Shown piece after piece: positions 10,228 through 20,723 of a DNA stretch of 49,190 nt. The position numbers and the translations under genes are program-made. The stretch is from Nemertoderma westbladi (taxonomy: Eukaryota > Animalia > Xenacoelomorpha): positions 1 to 49,190 of the forward strand of contig JAUCBJ010001146.1 of NCBI GenBank assembly GCA_032718475.1, in the 5' to 3' direction. Under the pieces are notes generated by a model, which searched no databases, had not been told where the DNA came from, and worked only from the letters and a program-made list of their open reading frames with translations. Numbering within the stretch: position 1 is the stretch's first letter; each line of letters begins with the position of its first letter.

Positions 10228-10919
10228 TGGCCTGTGTTTTCGACTACCTCCAACCCATCCGGTGCCGTCATAGCCATAAAGACCTTCTGCATATTCAGGA
10301 GGTTGGTGGCGTCCGGACCGATGATTCTCTCCGCATCCTCGCGAATCGCCGATCCTACCTTCGTCGTCGACTTCTCTCTTACCAAGACTTGTACCGCTTT
10401 CAGCACTCGGTTTAATTTCGGCCCGTCCTTCTTCCCATACGTCCCTAGATCGAATAAGAAGATGTCCCCATTTGGCGCGGCCAAATGTAGGAGTATGGTC
10501 CTGGCCGACCCCGCCGATCCTTGTCTCGAACCCGCCTCGTCTTCCACGGTTCCCTCGTCATCTAGGATCATATATCCTCCCCTGTTGACGGACTCTATGA
10601 ATTTCTTCCAGTCCTTCCTCGGTGATTCCCTCGGGTACTTCGGAATCCCGAACTTCGCCTCGTCCCCTTTCACTACGTAGTGGAAGTGTTGGAAGATCGC
10701 ATTGTCCAGCGACGGCGTCCCGTAGGTCCCGACCAGTCGCTGTTCGTGCATCTCCCGGAAGTGATCCTGCAGCGCTCGTGCCACATGACCCCTTTCCAAC
10801 CTCTCGTAGTATCCTCTGGTCTTCTCTTCCGGATGTCTCTCGGTGAAATCCACCAGTATCTCCTTTCCTCCTGACTCCGCTTTTCTCTTTCTGATCAACT
10901 TGCTCGCCATCCCGAACAC
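9900..10919 (-). CDS. Accessory DEDD-family (RNase D/WRN/EXD-like) 3'-5' exonuclease domain
   Basis: ExoI YMILDDEG, ILLHLA..IFLFDL, ExoII KVGSAIREDAERI, ExoIII-like QKRYILQED. Homologous to the outer element's 22802-21950 region. Confidence 0.72.
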   Translation of the reverse strand: MFGMASKLIRKRKAESGGKEILVDFTERHPEEKTRGYYERLERGHVARALQDHFREMHEQRLVGTYGTPSLDNAIFQHFHYVVKGDEAKFGIPKYPRESPRKDWKKFIESVNRGGYMILDDEGTVEDEAGSRQGSAGSARTILLHLAAPNGDIFLFDLGTYGKKDGPKLNRVLKAVQVLVREKSTTKVGSAIREDAERIIGPDATNLLNMQKVFMAMTAPDGLEVVENTGQCGAVAMGQLLGLVCHKPMDWGKFREEYGAELANSLKWGARPGKQEVYQFRRGAIEVYQKRYILQEDWMMISLLNLFMTVVIEREPAAFLLSGSPLNYRKPLRRLSKVW

Positions 10920-11399
10920 TCACTCGCTCACCTGTAAGGTGGTGCCTTACCAAGGCGCAATACAGATGAGTGATGTACCTAAGATGTTCTGTACGGTCCG
11001 ATAATGGCCTATTTCTTACTTAACTGCGCCCTTTTAGTCTGAATTCTTGCTATTTAATTCCCTAGCTAATAAATGAGCCTAATTTACAGTTTCTGTCCGT
11101 TACTTTAATTATGTTCTAGAATAACTTCCCTAGTGTTGCCATAATTTGTAACTTTCAGCCCTATTCTATTTTATTTTTATCTATCTATTTTTGATTTTAC
11201 TGTCCTACTACCTATTATTCCCTATGGATAATTCTATTCTCTAATCCACATTCTGGCCTACTCTGTGGGCCTATGCAGTACAGCAATATGCGTCATGTGG
11301 CCACACGATTTACCCAGCTGTACTCATATGCCCCCCTCTCACTACCAACCGCTAACTGATATCTATATCCCATATACCCTTCTACCTCTTACTCTCTTT

Positions 11400-11990
11400 C
11401 TAACTAACGGTACTACGTACCCTCTAACTCTAACTCTTTTCTAACTAGCGGTACTACATACCCTCTAACTCTAACTCTAACTCTTTTCTAACTAGCGGTA
11501 CTACGTACCCTCTAACTCTAACTCTTCTCTACATAGCGGTACTACGTACCCTCTAACTCTCTAACTGACTAGCGGTACTACGTACCTCCTAACTAACTCT
11601 AGGTACTACGTACCTTCTAACTCTCTACCTAACGGTACAACGTACCCTCTAACTCTTCTCTAACGGTACTACGTACCCTCTAACTAACTAACTAATGGTA
11701 CTACGTACCTCCTAACTCTCTACCTAACGGTACTACGTACCCTCTAACTCTTCTCTAACGGTACTACGTACCCTCTAACTAACTAACTAATGGTACTATG
11801 TACCTCCTAACTCTCTACCTAACGGTACTACGTACCCTCTAACTCTTCTCTAACGGTACTATGTACCCTCTAACTAACTAACTAATGGTACTACGTACCT
11901 CCTAACTCTCTACCTAACGGTACTACGTACCTTCTAACTAACTAACTAACTCTAGGTACTACGTACTACTTCTAACTCTTTTAACTTCTG
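11400..11990. repeat. Array of ~17 GGTAC-TAC-GTACC mini-hairpin units with CT-rich spacers, between pol and the accessory gene
   Basis: Motif at ~11409, 11449, 11497, 11538, 11574, 11602, 11634 ... 11955. A 95-bp three-unit higher-order repeat occupies the distal part. Confidence 0.9.
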
Positions 11991-12120
11991 CCTACTAACT
12001 GTGTACCTACTATGTACTATTATTTTATTTTTATTTGTTTTGTGTGGGAAGGGCGTCTCGCCCTCAATCCCACCCCCCTCAGTCCAAAACTTGGACGACT
12101 AAAACACTTCACAAACTCCA

Positions 12121-13842
12121 CTAAGGTGCCCCTTCTAGGAGACAGCATTTCCCTACAGCTCTCCTGTAGGTCTTTCTGTCCTTCGCACCTATCTTACCAC
12201 CTATCCGCACTTCTACCGATCGGACTCTTCCGTCCTCGTCGGAGTAAGTGCCTACGACTCTTGCCAACCGCCATTGGTTGTTGATGATAGTATCATCCGT
12301 AACGATTACGAGATCTCCCTCTTTCAACTCCCTATTCGGCTTCCTCCATTTGCTTCTTTTATGGAACGTGGGCAGATATTCTTCGACCCACCTCCTCCAA
12401 TACTCGGCACTTATTGCTTTAGCAACTTTCCAACTCTGGCGGGAGTGTATGTCGTCTGGATCTACACCCCGCATATCGATGGTTGCTGGCCTTTCCATTA
12501 GAAAATGGCTAGGGGTCAGCACGTCTAGTGATTCAGGGTCATCATTCTCCGGATATAGCGGTCTACTATTAATGATGCCCTCACACTTTGCAAGCACTGT
12601 CCTCAAGATGTCCTCCGTGACCATGTGGGTGTTCATTAACTTCGTCATTAGACGCTTCAAACTGCCCACCAGTCTCTCGACGCATCCTAGTGTATGTGGT
12701 GCATACGGCGTCCTTCTCTCCCACTTTACTTGTCGTCGTCTCATGGCCGCCCTGACTTCCTCCCCTTCCAAGATGTCCAAGGCCTCTGCCATCTCATTCT
12801 CTGCGCCCACAAAGTTGGTGCCGTTGTCGCTGTATATCACTGCGATCGTCCCAACTTTGCGGTCTCTAAACCTTTCTAAGGCATTAATGAATGCTGATGC
12901 GGTTGCATCTTGGGCGAGTTCTATCCCTACCGCCCGCGTGTTGTTACATACGAAGATGATACCGTAGCGTTTCTCCGTGTGCCGCATCACCTTGATTTTT
13001 ATCGGCCCGAACATGTCCACACCGCAATGCGTAAATGGCGGGTCGTGCTGTCTTACTCTACTTGCTGGTAGTGGCGCCATCTCTTGTATGGCTCGCTCCT
13101 TCTTCGCTCGTCAGCAGGTCTGGCACTGCCCCACTACCGCTTTTACCTTCTTCCTCAGTTGTTTGACCCAGTAGGTCCTCCTTATCTCCGCGAGAGTTCG
13201 GTTGGTGCCCCCATGCAATATCGACTTGTGGGAGTCCCAGATAATCTGGTGAACTATTGGCGATCCTATTGGAATGATGATGGGTTTCAGTGGTACGATT
13301 ATGCTGTTGTTGTATCCCACCCTAGAATTCATTACTAGAATCCCGTCGTCATTAAGTTGTGGCGACAGCGTAATCAGCTCGCTGTCTTGTCGGAGGTGCT
13401 GTTGGTTACCGACGCATTCCACCTCGTCACCATAGTTCTTCCGTTGTTCATAGCGGATGACTGCCTTGGCCGCTCCTTCCAGATCTATATATGTCTTGAT
13501 CTTTTTGGTTTTGCCGACTCCCGCGAGGAAATTCCCGAAGGCTCTCCAGTACGCCACTAGTTTCTTGGTCTTATACCAACTAGAACTGTAGCTGAGGAGT
13601 TTATCTGTCGGGTTATCGCATTGTTCTTGCTTTGGTTGCACGTCCCTAATCTCCCTCACCATCTGGGAGTATATCTCTTCTCCCTCTGAATCTCCTTCAT
13701 CTCCCTCTGACACCACTTCCGAGCCCGGGTCCACCTTTCTCATCGGCGGCCAGGCCTCCTTATCGCTCAGAAATTGTGGCCCATGTTGCCACAATACTTC
13801 CTTTTTCAAGAAAGTGTGGCATGCCACGCCCCTCGATAACAA
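12121..13842 (-). pseudogene. Pol: RH-IN linker, HHCC zinc finger and DDE integrase (one in-frame TGA at 13111-13113)
   Basis: SH..LHGG...CQTC, then HCGVDMFGP, IYSDNGTNFVGA, GCVERLV, INSRPL, LTPSHFL, WRRWVEEYL, DGRVRSVEVR. ORFs 13842-13111 and 13080-12121 are in the same frame. Confidence 0.93.
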
Positions 13843-15827
13843 GTCCGCTGGGTTCTCGTCTGTTGGGCAGTAGTGCCACCTTTCCAGTTCTTTCCAGTCG
13901 CCCTTATTTCGTCCACTCTATTCGCGACGAATATCGGGTATCTCGTCCTTTCGTTATGTAACCAACCAAGCACTACCATGGAGTCCGTCCAGTAGTGTGT
14001 CTCCACTATGTTGGGAATAGTATCCACTAGGTAGGCTGTGGCTCTGACTCCTAGTCTCGCAGCTGTCAACTCTAACTTGGGAACTGATGCTGAATCTGGC
14101 GGCGTCGACTTCGCTTTGCTAAAGGCTAGTCTGGGCTTTCGAGCCCCCTCTCGTTGTACTAAATAGAGTGCCGCTCCGTACGCCTCCAACGACGCATCGG
14201 AGAACATGTGTAGGTCCAGATTCGTCATGTTCCCATCCGGGAAATACACTCGTGGCATGTTGTATGTTCCCATCTTCTCCAAGTCTCCTGTCCACCTACT
14301 CCACTGTTTCTTAATTTCCTCTGGTACCTCTACGTCCCACTCATCCTTCAATTTGTATACTCTCTTGAGTATCTGTTTCCCCGTGACTAGTAATGGGGAT
14401 GCTAGGCCTAGGGGATCGCATATCCTTGCTATATACGATACATAGCCCCTCTTCGTGTGGATGTCTGCGCCCTCCTGGCTCAGCTGATATTTCAGTTCGT
14501 CTGTCTCCCTGTCCCACACGATTCCCAATGCCTTCTGTTTAGATTCTGTTCTCTTATTCGCCATTTCCTGCCCTTTGGCTGTTGTGGGATTATCCATGGT
14601 CGATTCTGGCCTCTTGTCCTCTATCGCCTTGATAAATTCTTCCGAACTGGATTGGAATTTGGTCAGGTTAAAGCCGGATCCTTTTAGGATGTCGCGAACT
14701 TCGCGCCCCGTATCCAGTATCTCCTTAACCGTATTTCCAGACTCCATTCCGTCGTCTACGTAGAAGCCGCGTCGAATCATATCGACGGCCCTAGTGCTGT
14801 ATCTATCTTCTTTTCCCTTAACTGTGTCTCTCACTGCCATAGTCGTCGTAAATGAAGACGACTTGGCCCCCATGTTTTGTACTACCATCTTATATGCCGG
14901 TATTATCAACGGTTCTTCCTCGCCGTTATACCATAAGAAGCGTTGACTGTCGCTATCTTCCTCCGTTACACGGACTTGGTTGAACATGCCTTCTATGTCA
15001 CACGTGAAGGCGTGTTTCCCGTTTCTAAATCTAAGTAGCACCTCTATGCCTGAGTTGTATATGTTTGGGCCTTCTAACAGATAGTCATTTAAGCATTTTC
15101 CGTTGGTCTTTGCCGATGCGTCAACTACCATCCGCAGTTTACCTTTCTTTGGGTCTAAAGCCACGTGGAGTGGCAGGTAATATGTCCTGTCCGTGTTCGG
15201 TTCGTCGACCGGTAACTCCACGGCCCATCCTTTCTCGACGTACTTCTTAATCGTTCTGTGGATGTACTCATTCTTCTCGGGGCTCCGTTTTAGTGTTTGT
15301 TTCAGCTTGCGGAGTCTCGTGAGTACCATCCCTCTATTATCGGGCAGCGGTATCCATACCATTCCTATAGTATACCGCCCCTCATCGCATGTCATCGATT
15401 CCTCCACGCTTTGTAAAGCCTGCTTGTCTTCTACCAAGGTCCCGACCCCGGTTTCCTTCAGTCCCTCGAAGTCTTGTCTGAGCAGTCTTTTAAGCTGCTC
15501 CTCTGCTCCCTCATCACCCATTTCCTGCATTGTTCCCGCGAACATGCATCCTGATGTCTCCGACATCCTAAATGGTATCTTGCTCTTGATTGGGCCACTC
15601 AGCGTCCACCCGAATGGCGTCAATATCGCCACCGGGTCGCACTGCTTGTCTTCGCCGAAGACCGTTTGCATTCTTTCGTGGGCCGTTGGGCAGTCCATTC
15701 CCACTATGATGGATACCTTCCTAACGTCCACGTCTGGGATTGAGAAGTCAATGTCGTCCAGGAATTTATATTGCTCGACCTCGATGTTAGTTGGCTGCCT
15801 GGCATTGATATTGATTGACTCTATCAC
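13806..15827 (-). CDS. Pol: Pao-type reverse transcriptase + RNase H (frameshifted at both ends)
   Basis: YYLPLH, KLRMVVDAS, LNDYLLEGP, CDIEGMFNQV, QRFLW, FYVDD, DPLG, LHMFSDASLEAYGA, VPKLELTAA, YWTDS, FVANRV. Confidence 0.95.
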   Translation of the reverse strand: MIESININARQPTNIEVEQYKFLDDIDFSIPDVDVRKVSIIVGMDCPTAHERMQTVFGEDKQCDPVAILTPFGWTLSGPIKSKIPFRMSETSGCMFAGTMQEMGDEGAEEQLKRLLRQDFEGLKETGVGTLVEDKQALQSVEESMTCDEGRYTIGMVWIPLPDNRGMVLTRLRKLKQTLKRSPEKNEYIHRTIKKYVEKGWAVELPVDEPNTDRTYYLPLHVALDPKKGKLRMVVDASAKTNGKCLNDYLLEGPNIYNSGIEVLLRFRNGKHAFTCDIEGMFNQVRVTEEDSDSQRFLWYNGEEEPLIIPAYKMVVQNMGAKSSSFTTTMAVRDTVKGKEDRYSTRAVDMIRRGFYVDDGMESGNTVKEILDTGREVRDILKGSGFNLTKFQSSSEEFIKAIEDKRPESTMDNPTTAKGQEMANKRTESKQKALGIVWDRETDELKYQLSQEGADIHTKRGYVSYIARICDPLGLASPLLVTGKQILKRVYKLKDEWDVEVPEEIKKQWSRWTGDLEKMGTYNMPRVYFPDGNMTNLDLHMFSDASLEAYGAALYLVQREGARKPRLAFSKAKSTPPDSASVPKLELTAARLGVRATAYLVDTIPNIVETHYWTDSMVVLGWLHNERTRYPIFVANRVDEIRATGKNWKGGTTAQQTRTQRTCYRGAWHATLS

Positions 15828-17320
15828 TTGGACGGGGTCGATGGTTGCCCGTAGTCACATCCCGGTGCCACTGCTGCAATTGCGCACCATCCTGTTCTCA
15901 TCTCCAGGATCTCATCCTTGCTAGAGATGGTTGTTACCACCATTCTGCTTGGCCTCGTTCTCAATCCTATCTCTTCGGCCACCCATTCCTCGACTAATGT
16001 GAAGGCAGCTCCACTATCAACCAGCATTAGTGTTGTCACTGACCGATTGCCTTCCCCAATCACTCGCACGGGTACTACTCCAAGTAACACCGTTCCTCTC
16101 TTCTTCGCCCCTACTGTGCTCGTTGCCATCGTTTGGCCTCTCCTTTCAACAAACTTGACCGGCTTCTCCTTGCATTCCCTTGCCCTATGTCCACTCATCA
16201 CACATCGCGAGCAGATTTTATTGCTCAACGCATAATCTATCTGATCTTGCCTAGGTAGCGCCTGCCAGTACCTGCAGTTCATGGTTTGATGAAGCGCATT
16301 TGAGTGTAGCTGGCATTTGCTCTTTGGGTCGTAGCCCTCCTTATACAGCGCATTGCGTATCGCAGCTGCGTTTGTACCAAAGTCCCTACTATTCTTATTG
16401 TTTGAATTCGGCCTACCGGAAGTACTGGGGTTGTATTTATTCGTGTTGTTATTGTTCCCCTGTCCGTTCCATGGTGTTATCTTATCTCCGGCTAGCTGTG
16501 GACTTGCAGTCCCCTGCGTCGCTGCATATGGCAATGATTGCCTGAGCCTCGGTAATGCGTTTGATGTATTGTGCTCTGGCTTCGGTCTATGGTAATCCGT
16601 CTTCGGTCCCTTTCCCAGGCTATCTTCGCTATAGACTGGGTCAGTTATTAGTTCAGCCTCGTAGTTCAAGAAGTTTGACATTTCTTCTAAACCCGGTTCC
16701 GCACCCTTCTTGTCTCGAGTGGAGAAAGCGATTTTTCTCCACTTGTTGCGCAGCCAGTTCGGTAGTGCCTGCGCTATCGTGGTGATGTTGTTGGACGCGT
16801 TGAGCTTGTATGGCGCGTCTAGCATCTTCAGCACGATTAGCGCCTTTTCGACTTTGTTAGCGAATGTCTTGATGCTAACGGGATTATCCTGTAGGCCACC
16901 CGATGTTATGCCTCTCAGTGTCTGCCTGATGATCTTGGCCGGGTGCCCGTATTCCCTATCCAGTGCCCGCCATGCCGTCGTGAAGCCGCCCTCTATTCCT
17001 TGATATTGCCTCACGATATCGTATGCTGGGCCTCCCGTGTATACTTGCAGATATTTTAGGCACTCCGCCTGCGTCAAGTTCTTTGTCAGTATTTCGTTAC
17101 TATACATGCGCCGAAACTGTAGATATTCTTCCGGCCTACTCCCATCGAATTTGAATGGTTCCACGGGTGGTAACTCGATCCTCGTTTTCAACGCATCGAT
17201 CAACGTGGCCATCCCCATCGCTTGCGCTTCCAATGGGTTCGATGGGTGTTGTATAGTTTCTCCCGTCTGGTGCGGTCCGTCTGTCCTATTTCTCGACTTT
17301 CTTTGACTTGGATATGTCAT
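15824..17320 (-). CDS. Gag core (DUF1759-like) + Cys/His knuckles + aspartic protease
   Basis: KFDGSRPEEYLQF..LKYL..YG, CSRCVMSGHRAREC, LVDSGAAFTLV. Confidence 0.9.
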   Translation of the reverse strand: MTYPSQRKSRNRTDGPHQTGETIQHPSNPLEAQAMGMATLIDALKTRIELPPVEPFKFDGSRPEEYLQFRRMYSNEILTKNLTQAECLKYLQVYTGGPAYDIVRQYQGIEGGFTTAWRALDREYGHPAKIIRQTLRGITSGGLQDNPVSIKTFANKVEKALIVLKMLDAPYKLNASNNITTIAQALPNWLRNKWRKIAFSTRDKKGAEPGLEEMSNFLNYEAELITDPVYSEDSLGKGPKTDYHRPKPEHNTSNALPRLRQSLPYAATQGTASPQLAGDKITPWNGQGNNNNTNKYNPSTSGRPNSNNKNSRDFGTNAAAIRNALYKEGYDPKSKCQLHSNALHQTMNCRYWQALPRQDQIDYALSNKICSRCVMSGHRARECKEKPVKFVERRGQTMATSTVGAKKRGTVLLGVVPVRVIGEGNRSVTTLMLVDSGAAFTLVEEWVAEEIGLRTRPSRMVVTTISSKDEILEMRTGWCAIAAVAPGCDYGQPSTPSK

Positions 17321-17432
17321 TGGGGGTAGCGGCCCCCTCCATATTTCTGTGTCACACTACCTATTTTCATCTAAGGGTCTCGTTGTTCTTGCTCCTATCG
17401 GGGTATATTGTTGATATTGTGATGGGGGAATG

Positions 17433-20400
17433 TCACCCTGTCCCCCCCCCCACCGGTATGTTTGGTACTGGGGTTGATGTTAATATGTTGGGGCCCATGC
17501 ACCTATCCGCAATAATTACCCACTCCCCTGGGTATATGTTACATCCTTGCATGCTGTAGTCATACTGCTGTACTGGTACCGGTATAGGCCTATCAGCTTC
17601 TGGCCTACTCGCCGGTATGTATTCCGCGACTTCCGGGTTTAATCCCGTCGTCCGCGCTATCCTATCGCCTACATTGCCTCTCTCAGTATGGCCTATGGTA
17701 TGTGCAGTAAGGCCTACAGTATGTCCTACAGTCTGCATGTGTCGCTCGGGATCGAATATTATTCTTCTCGAGTAGTCCTCCCCGTGGCTACCGTATTCTC
17801 GATCGGTAGGTGTATTCCGTCGGAAAGTTTCTCTTCGACCCCCCCTTCTACTGTCCTCGTCTTCGTACCGGTACATCGTGTACCCCTCCATCGGCGCGCA
17901 ATGCGCCCCACCAGGTCGCATCTCTCCGGGGCAACGGCAATCTCCCGGAGTTCGACCCCACTGACTCTCTGTTCTCATCTCGACTACCGACGGCTCGCTA
18001 TCCGTCCTCGCTCTTCTATCGTTCGCGGCGATACTTCTACTACTGTCTTCTCTTCTTCTCCTTTCAGTGGAGTATTCCCGCTCGTGAGATCTCTCGTCGA
18101 CCTCCCGGTTAAACCCCACTGTTCTTCTTCCCTCTTCTGATCGGGCTCGACGCTTCGTCCGCCCTCTTACGACGTCAACCTGTCTCTCTCTGCTCGGTCG
18201 CACGCCGCTGGGGATACTCGCAATCCCCCTATTACTTTCCGTCGCCGGGTGTTGCGGTTTACCTAATTCGGTCCGCGCATTATCCGCTAACGGCTGTGGG
18301 ACACTCTCTGCCCCCCCTTTTTCGCCGCTAACTCGCTGTTGTGGGGCCAATGTAGCCCCCCCCACTCGCCACATCTAACTTCGCTATCCCTCACCCCACT
18401 ACTATATCCCTCTCTAGTCGACACATCAACCCTACCGCGGTCGGGTCTATTCACCCCCGCCTCTCCCTCTGCTATTGCGTGGCCTACCAGGCCCTCTACT
18501 CCCTGCCTACCAACTACATGGCCTACCAGGCCCTCTACTCCCTGCCTACCAACTACGTGGCCTACCAGGCCCTCTACTCCCTGCCTACCAACTACGTGGC
18601 CTACCAGGCCCTCTACTCCCTGCCTACCAACTACGTGGCCTACCAGGCCCTCTACTCCCTGCCTACCAACTACGTGGCCTACCAGGCCCTCGCTGGGTCT
18701 ACCCAACCCAGCCACTCCCTGCCTACTAACTACACGGCCTACCAGGCCCCCGTCTGCCTGGCCATACACACCCGACGTGTTTACGTTAATAGCACCCATA
18801 TTGGAAACGGAATTAATTTGTTCGTTTGAGGCAAAATCATTTGAATTATTTTGCACGACTACACTATCTGAATTATTTTGTAAATTCGGGCTTGGATCAT
18901 TATTTAAATTATTTGGATTATTTTGCGTAACTACGTTATTTGAATTATTTTGTAAATTCTGGTTTGGATCGTTATTTAAATTATTTGGATTATATTGCGT
19001 AACTACGTTATTTGAATTATTATTATTTTCTAAATTTAAATTATTATCGTTCAAATTGAAATTATTATTTGTATTTAGATTTAAGTTACTACTACTAGGT
19101 AAAGTATTATTTGCTGCAATAAAGGTTTGGTTAGAGTTATCCCATATGGTACTATTAATATTAACAACGTCTACTGTAGCATTATCATTATTACCCCCCC
19201 CCCCCCCCCCCCCCCCCGCCCGTACGGTCACACCAGTTTTGGGTCTGTCGTGCGGTCCCTGTAAGTGGGGTATTAATAAATGTATCCACGGCCCCTGGCT
19301 CCCCTAAAATACTCGAGCCAGCCCCGCTCTCAGGCGCCCCCACCCGCACCTGTTGCAGCTCGTGCGTGTGTCTAATCCTATGCTCCGCAAACTCACTTTG
19401 GCATCTCCCTAATTCCTTTTGCTCTCGCTCAGCTTCTGCCACTCTCCTCTCGCACTCCCGCGCGTCCCGTTCAGCCAACTCCGCTACTCTCCTAGCGCTC
19501 TCCCTTCGCCTCGCTTCACGCTTTCCCATCTCGCCTCGCGCTCCTTACGTTCCGCTTCACGCTCTTTGCGTTCCTTTTCCTCTCTCGCCTCACGTTCCTT
19601 ACGTTCCTTTTCCTCTTTCTCCTCACGTTCCCTACACTCCCTTTCCTCTATTTCCTCAAACTCCCTAAGGCTTCTCAAAGCCCTTTCGGCCCTCTCTCCG
19701 GTTTCTCTAATCAATGCCGTTTCCCTCTCTAGCCGCATTCTCCCCTCCTCTAGCTGTTTATCCATTTCCCTCTGACCTTGCTCTATCAGGTCGAGACGGT
19801 ACGCGGCATCTATCTCTCTCACCCTTCTTTCTTTCGCGGAGGATGTAGCAGACTTATCGGTTATGACGGATCCCCTCCGCCTTCCCGACCTACTGACTCT
19901 CCCCCGCTTCCCAGAACTTCCTCCAACCGACGAGGCCGAATCCTCGGGGTTAACCTCGGATTTGCCCTCCTCAGGTCTCTCCCAACCCACTAATTTTAGT
20001 CCCCAGGCATCGACTAAGTATGGCCCTACGTACACTACGCTAGGTTCCATACCCCTACACCGCCACATGTCATACAGTTGCTCGGCAACCCCTCTCGCTC
20101 TCTCCTTTGCCAGTTCTCTTTGCCCGAAGCGCATTAGATAATTTAAGTGTTTATTCGACTCACCTAGTCGTTTTCTCAGTCTCACCTTGTCTATCTTCGC
20201 CCCCTCTTTGGCCTCCTTTAGCAGTTTCTGGGTCGCGTTGTAGGCCCGTCGAAGTCGCTCAGAAACACCGACGTCCTCGTCGCCGACCTCTCTTCCGTCT
20301 CTCCGGGTCCGACGTCGTACCGTCGGCCCCACCGTCGCCGTTTCGGTGGGCCGTCCATCGCTCTCGGCCTGTGGCAGGCCGGCAACATCGGTACGCTGGT

Positions 20401-20683
20401 CGTCGTTGCGCGTCGACTCGTTGCCGTCTCCCTCCGTCTCGCTCCCTCCTTCTCTCGACTCGATCTCGGGTTCCAGGCGGCCCCCCTCATCTTGAGCTGC
20501 CGGATGACCCGTTACCGATGGGTCCGGCGTTGTGGGCCTGTACCGCCTGGTCGCGGCCTCGCGGATCGTTAACTCTTCGTCCGGGGTCCGCGTTGGCGTC
20601 GTCTCTCCCGACTGGCTCATCTCGGTTAGTTCGATTGGTGGCTGGTAGTCACTGAGTTTTAGTTTTACTGTGGAAGGGTTCAA
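17433..20683 (-). pseudogene. Very long low-complexity/coiled-coil N-terminal gag extension, split across four ORFs
   Basis: Overlapping minus ORFs 20683-19484, 19529-19191, 19231-18287, 18374-17433. Contains PEDSASSV (typical BEL gag N-terminal motif), an E/R/K coiled coil, a poly-G run, an Asn-rich block and 13-aa repeats. Confidence 0.65.
18478..18750 (-). repeat. 39-bp coding tandem repeat (GLVGHVVGRQGVE)n
   Basis: About five near-perfect plus further degenerate copies of cgtggcctaccaggccctctactccctgcctaccaacta. Confidence 0.9.
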
Positions 20684-20693
20684 TTACTGAGTC

Positions 20694-20723
20694 TAGCTAG
20701 GGCGGCAGCTCGGATTTAATTAC
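20694..20723 (-). promoter_or_regulatory. Non-tRNA primer-binding position of the inner element, complementary to its own LTR
   Basis: Minus strand GTAATTAAA directly follows the 5' LTR, with no TGG. It is complementary to LTR 20901-20893. A second block CCCTAGCTA (20702-20694) is complementary to LTR 20922-20914. Confidence 0.7.

Noticed and set aside
8611-10919. env gene in the post-pol position
   Set aside because: No evident signal peptide, transmembrane anchor or fusion-protein features; nuclease and zinc-knuckle motifs instead.
11400-11990. CRISPR-like palindromic repeat/spacer array
   Set aside because: The repeat is only 13 nt and the spacers are low-complexity variants of each other.
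8273-20655. Numerous plus-strand ORFs (e.g. 8764-9522, 12248-12967, 15193-15924, 18339-19307)
   Set aside because: Antisense shadows of GC-rich or repetitive minus-strand coding sequence.
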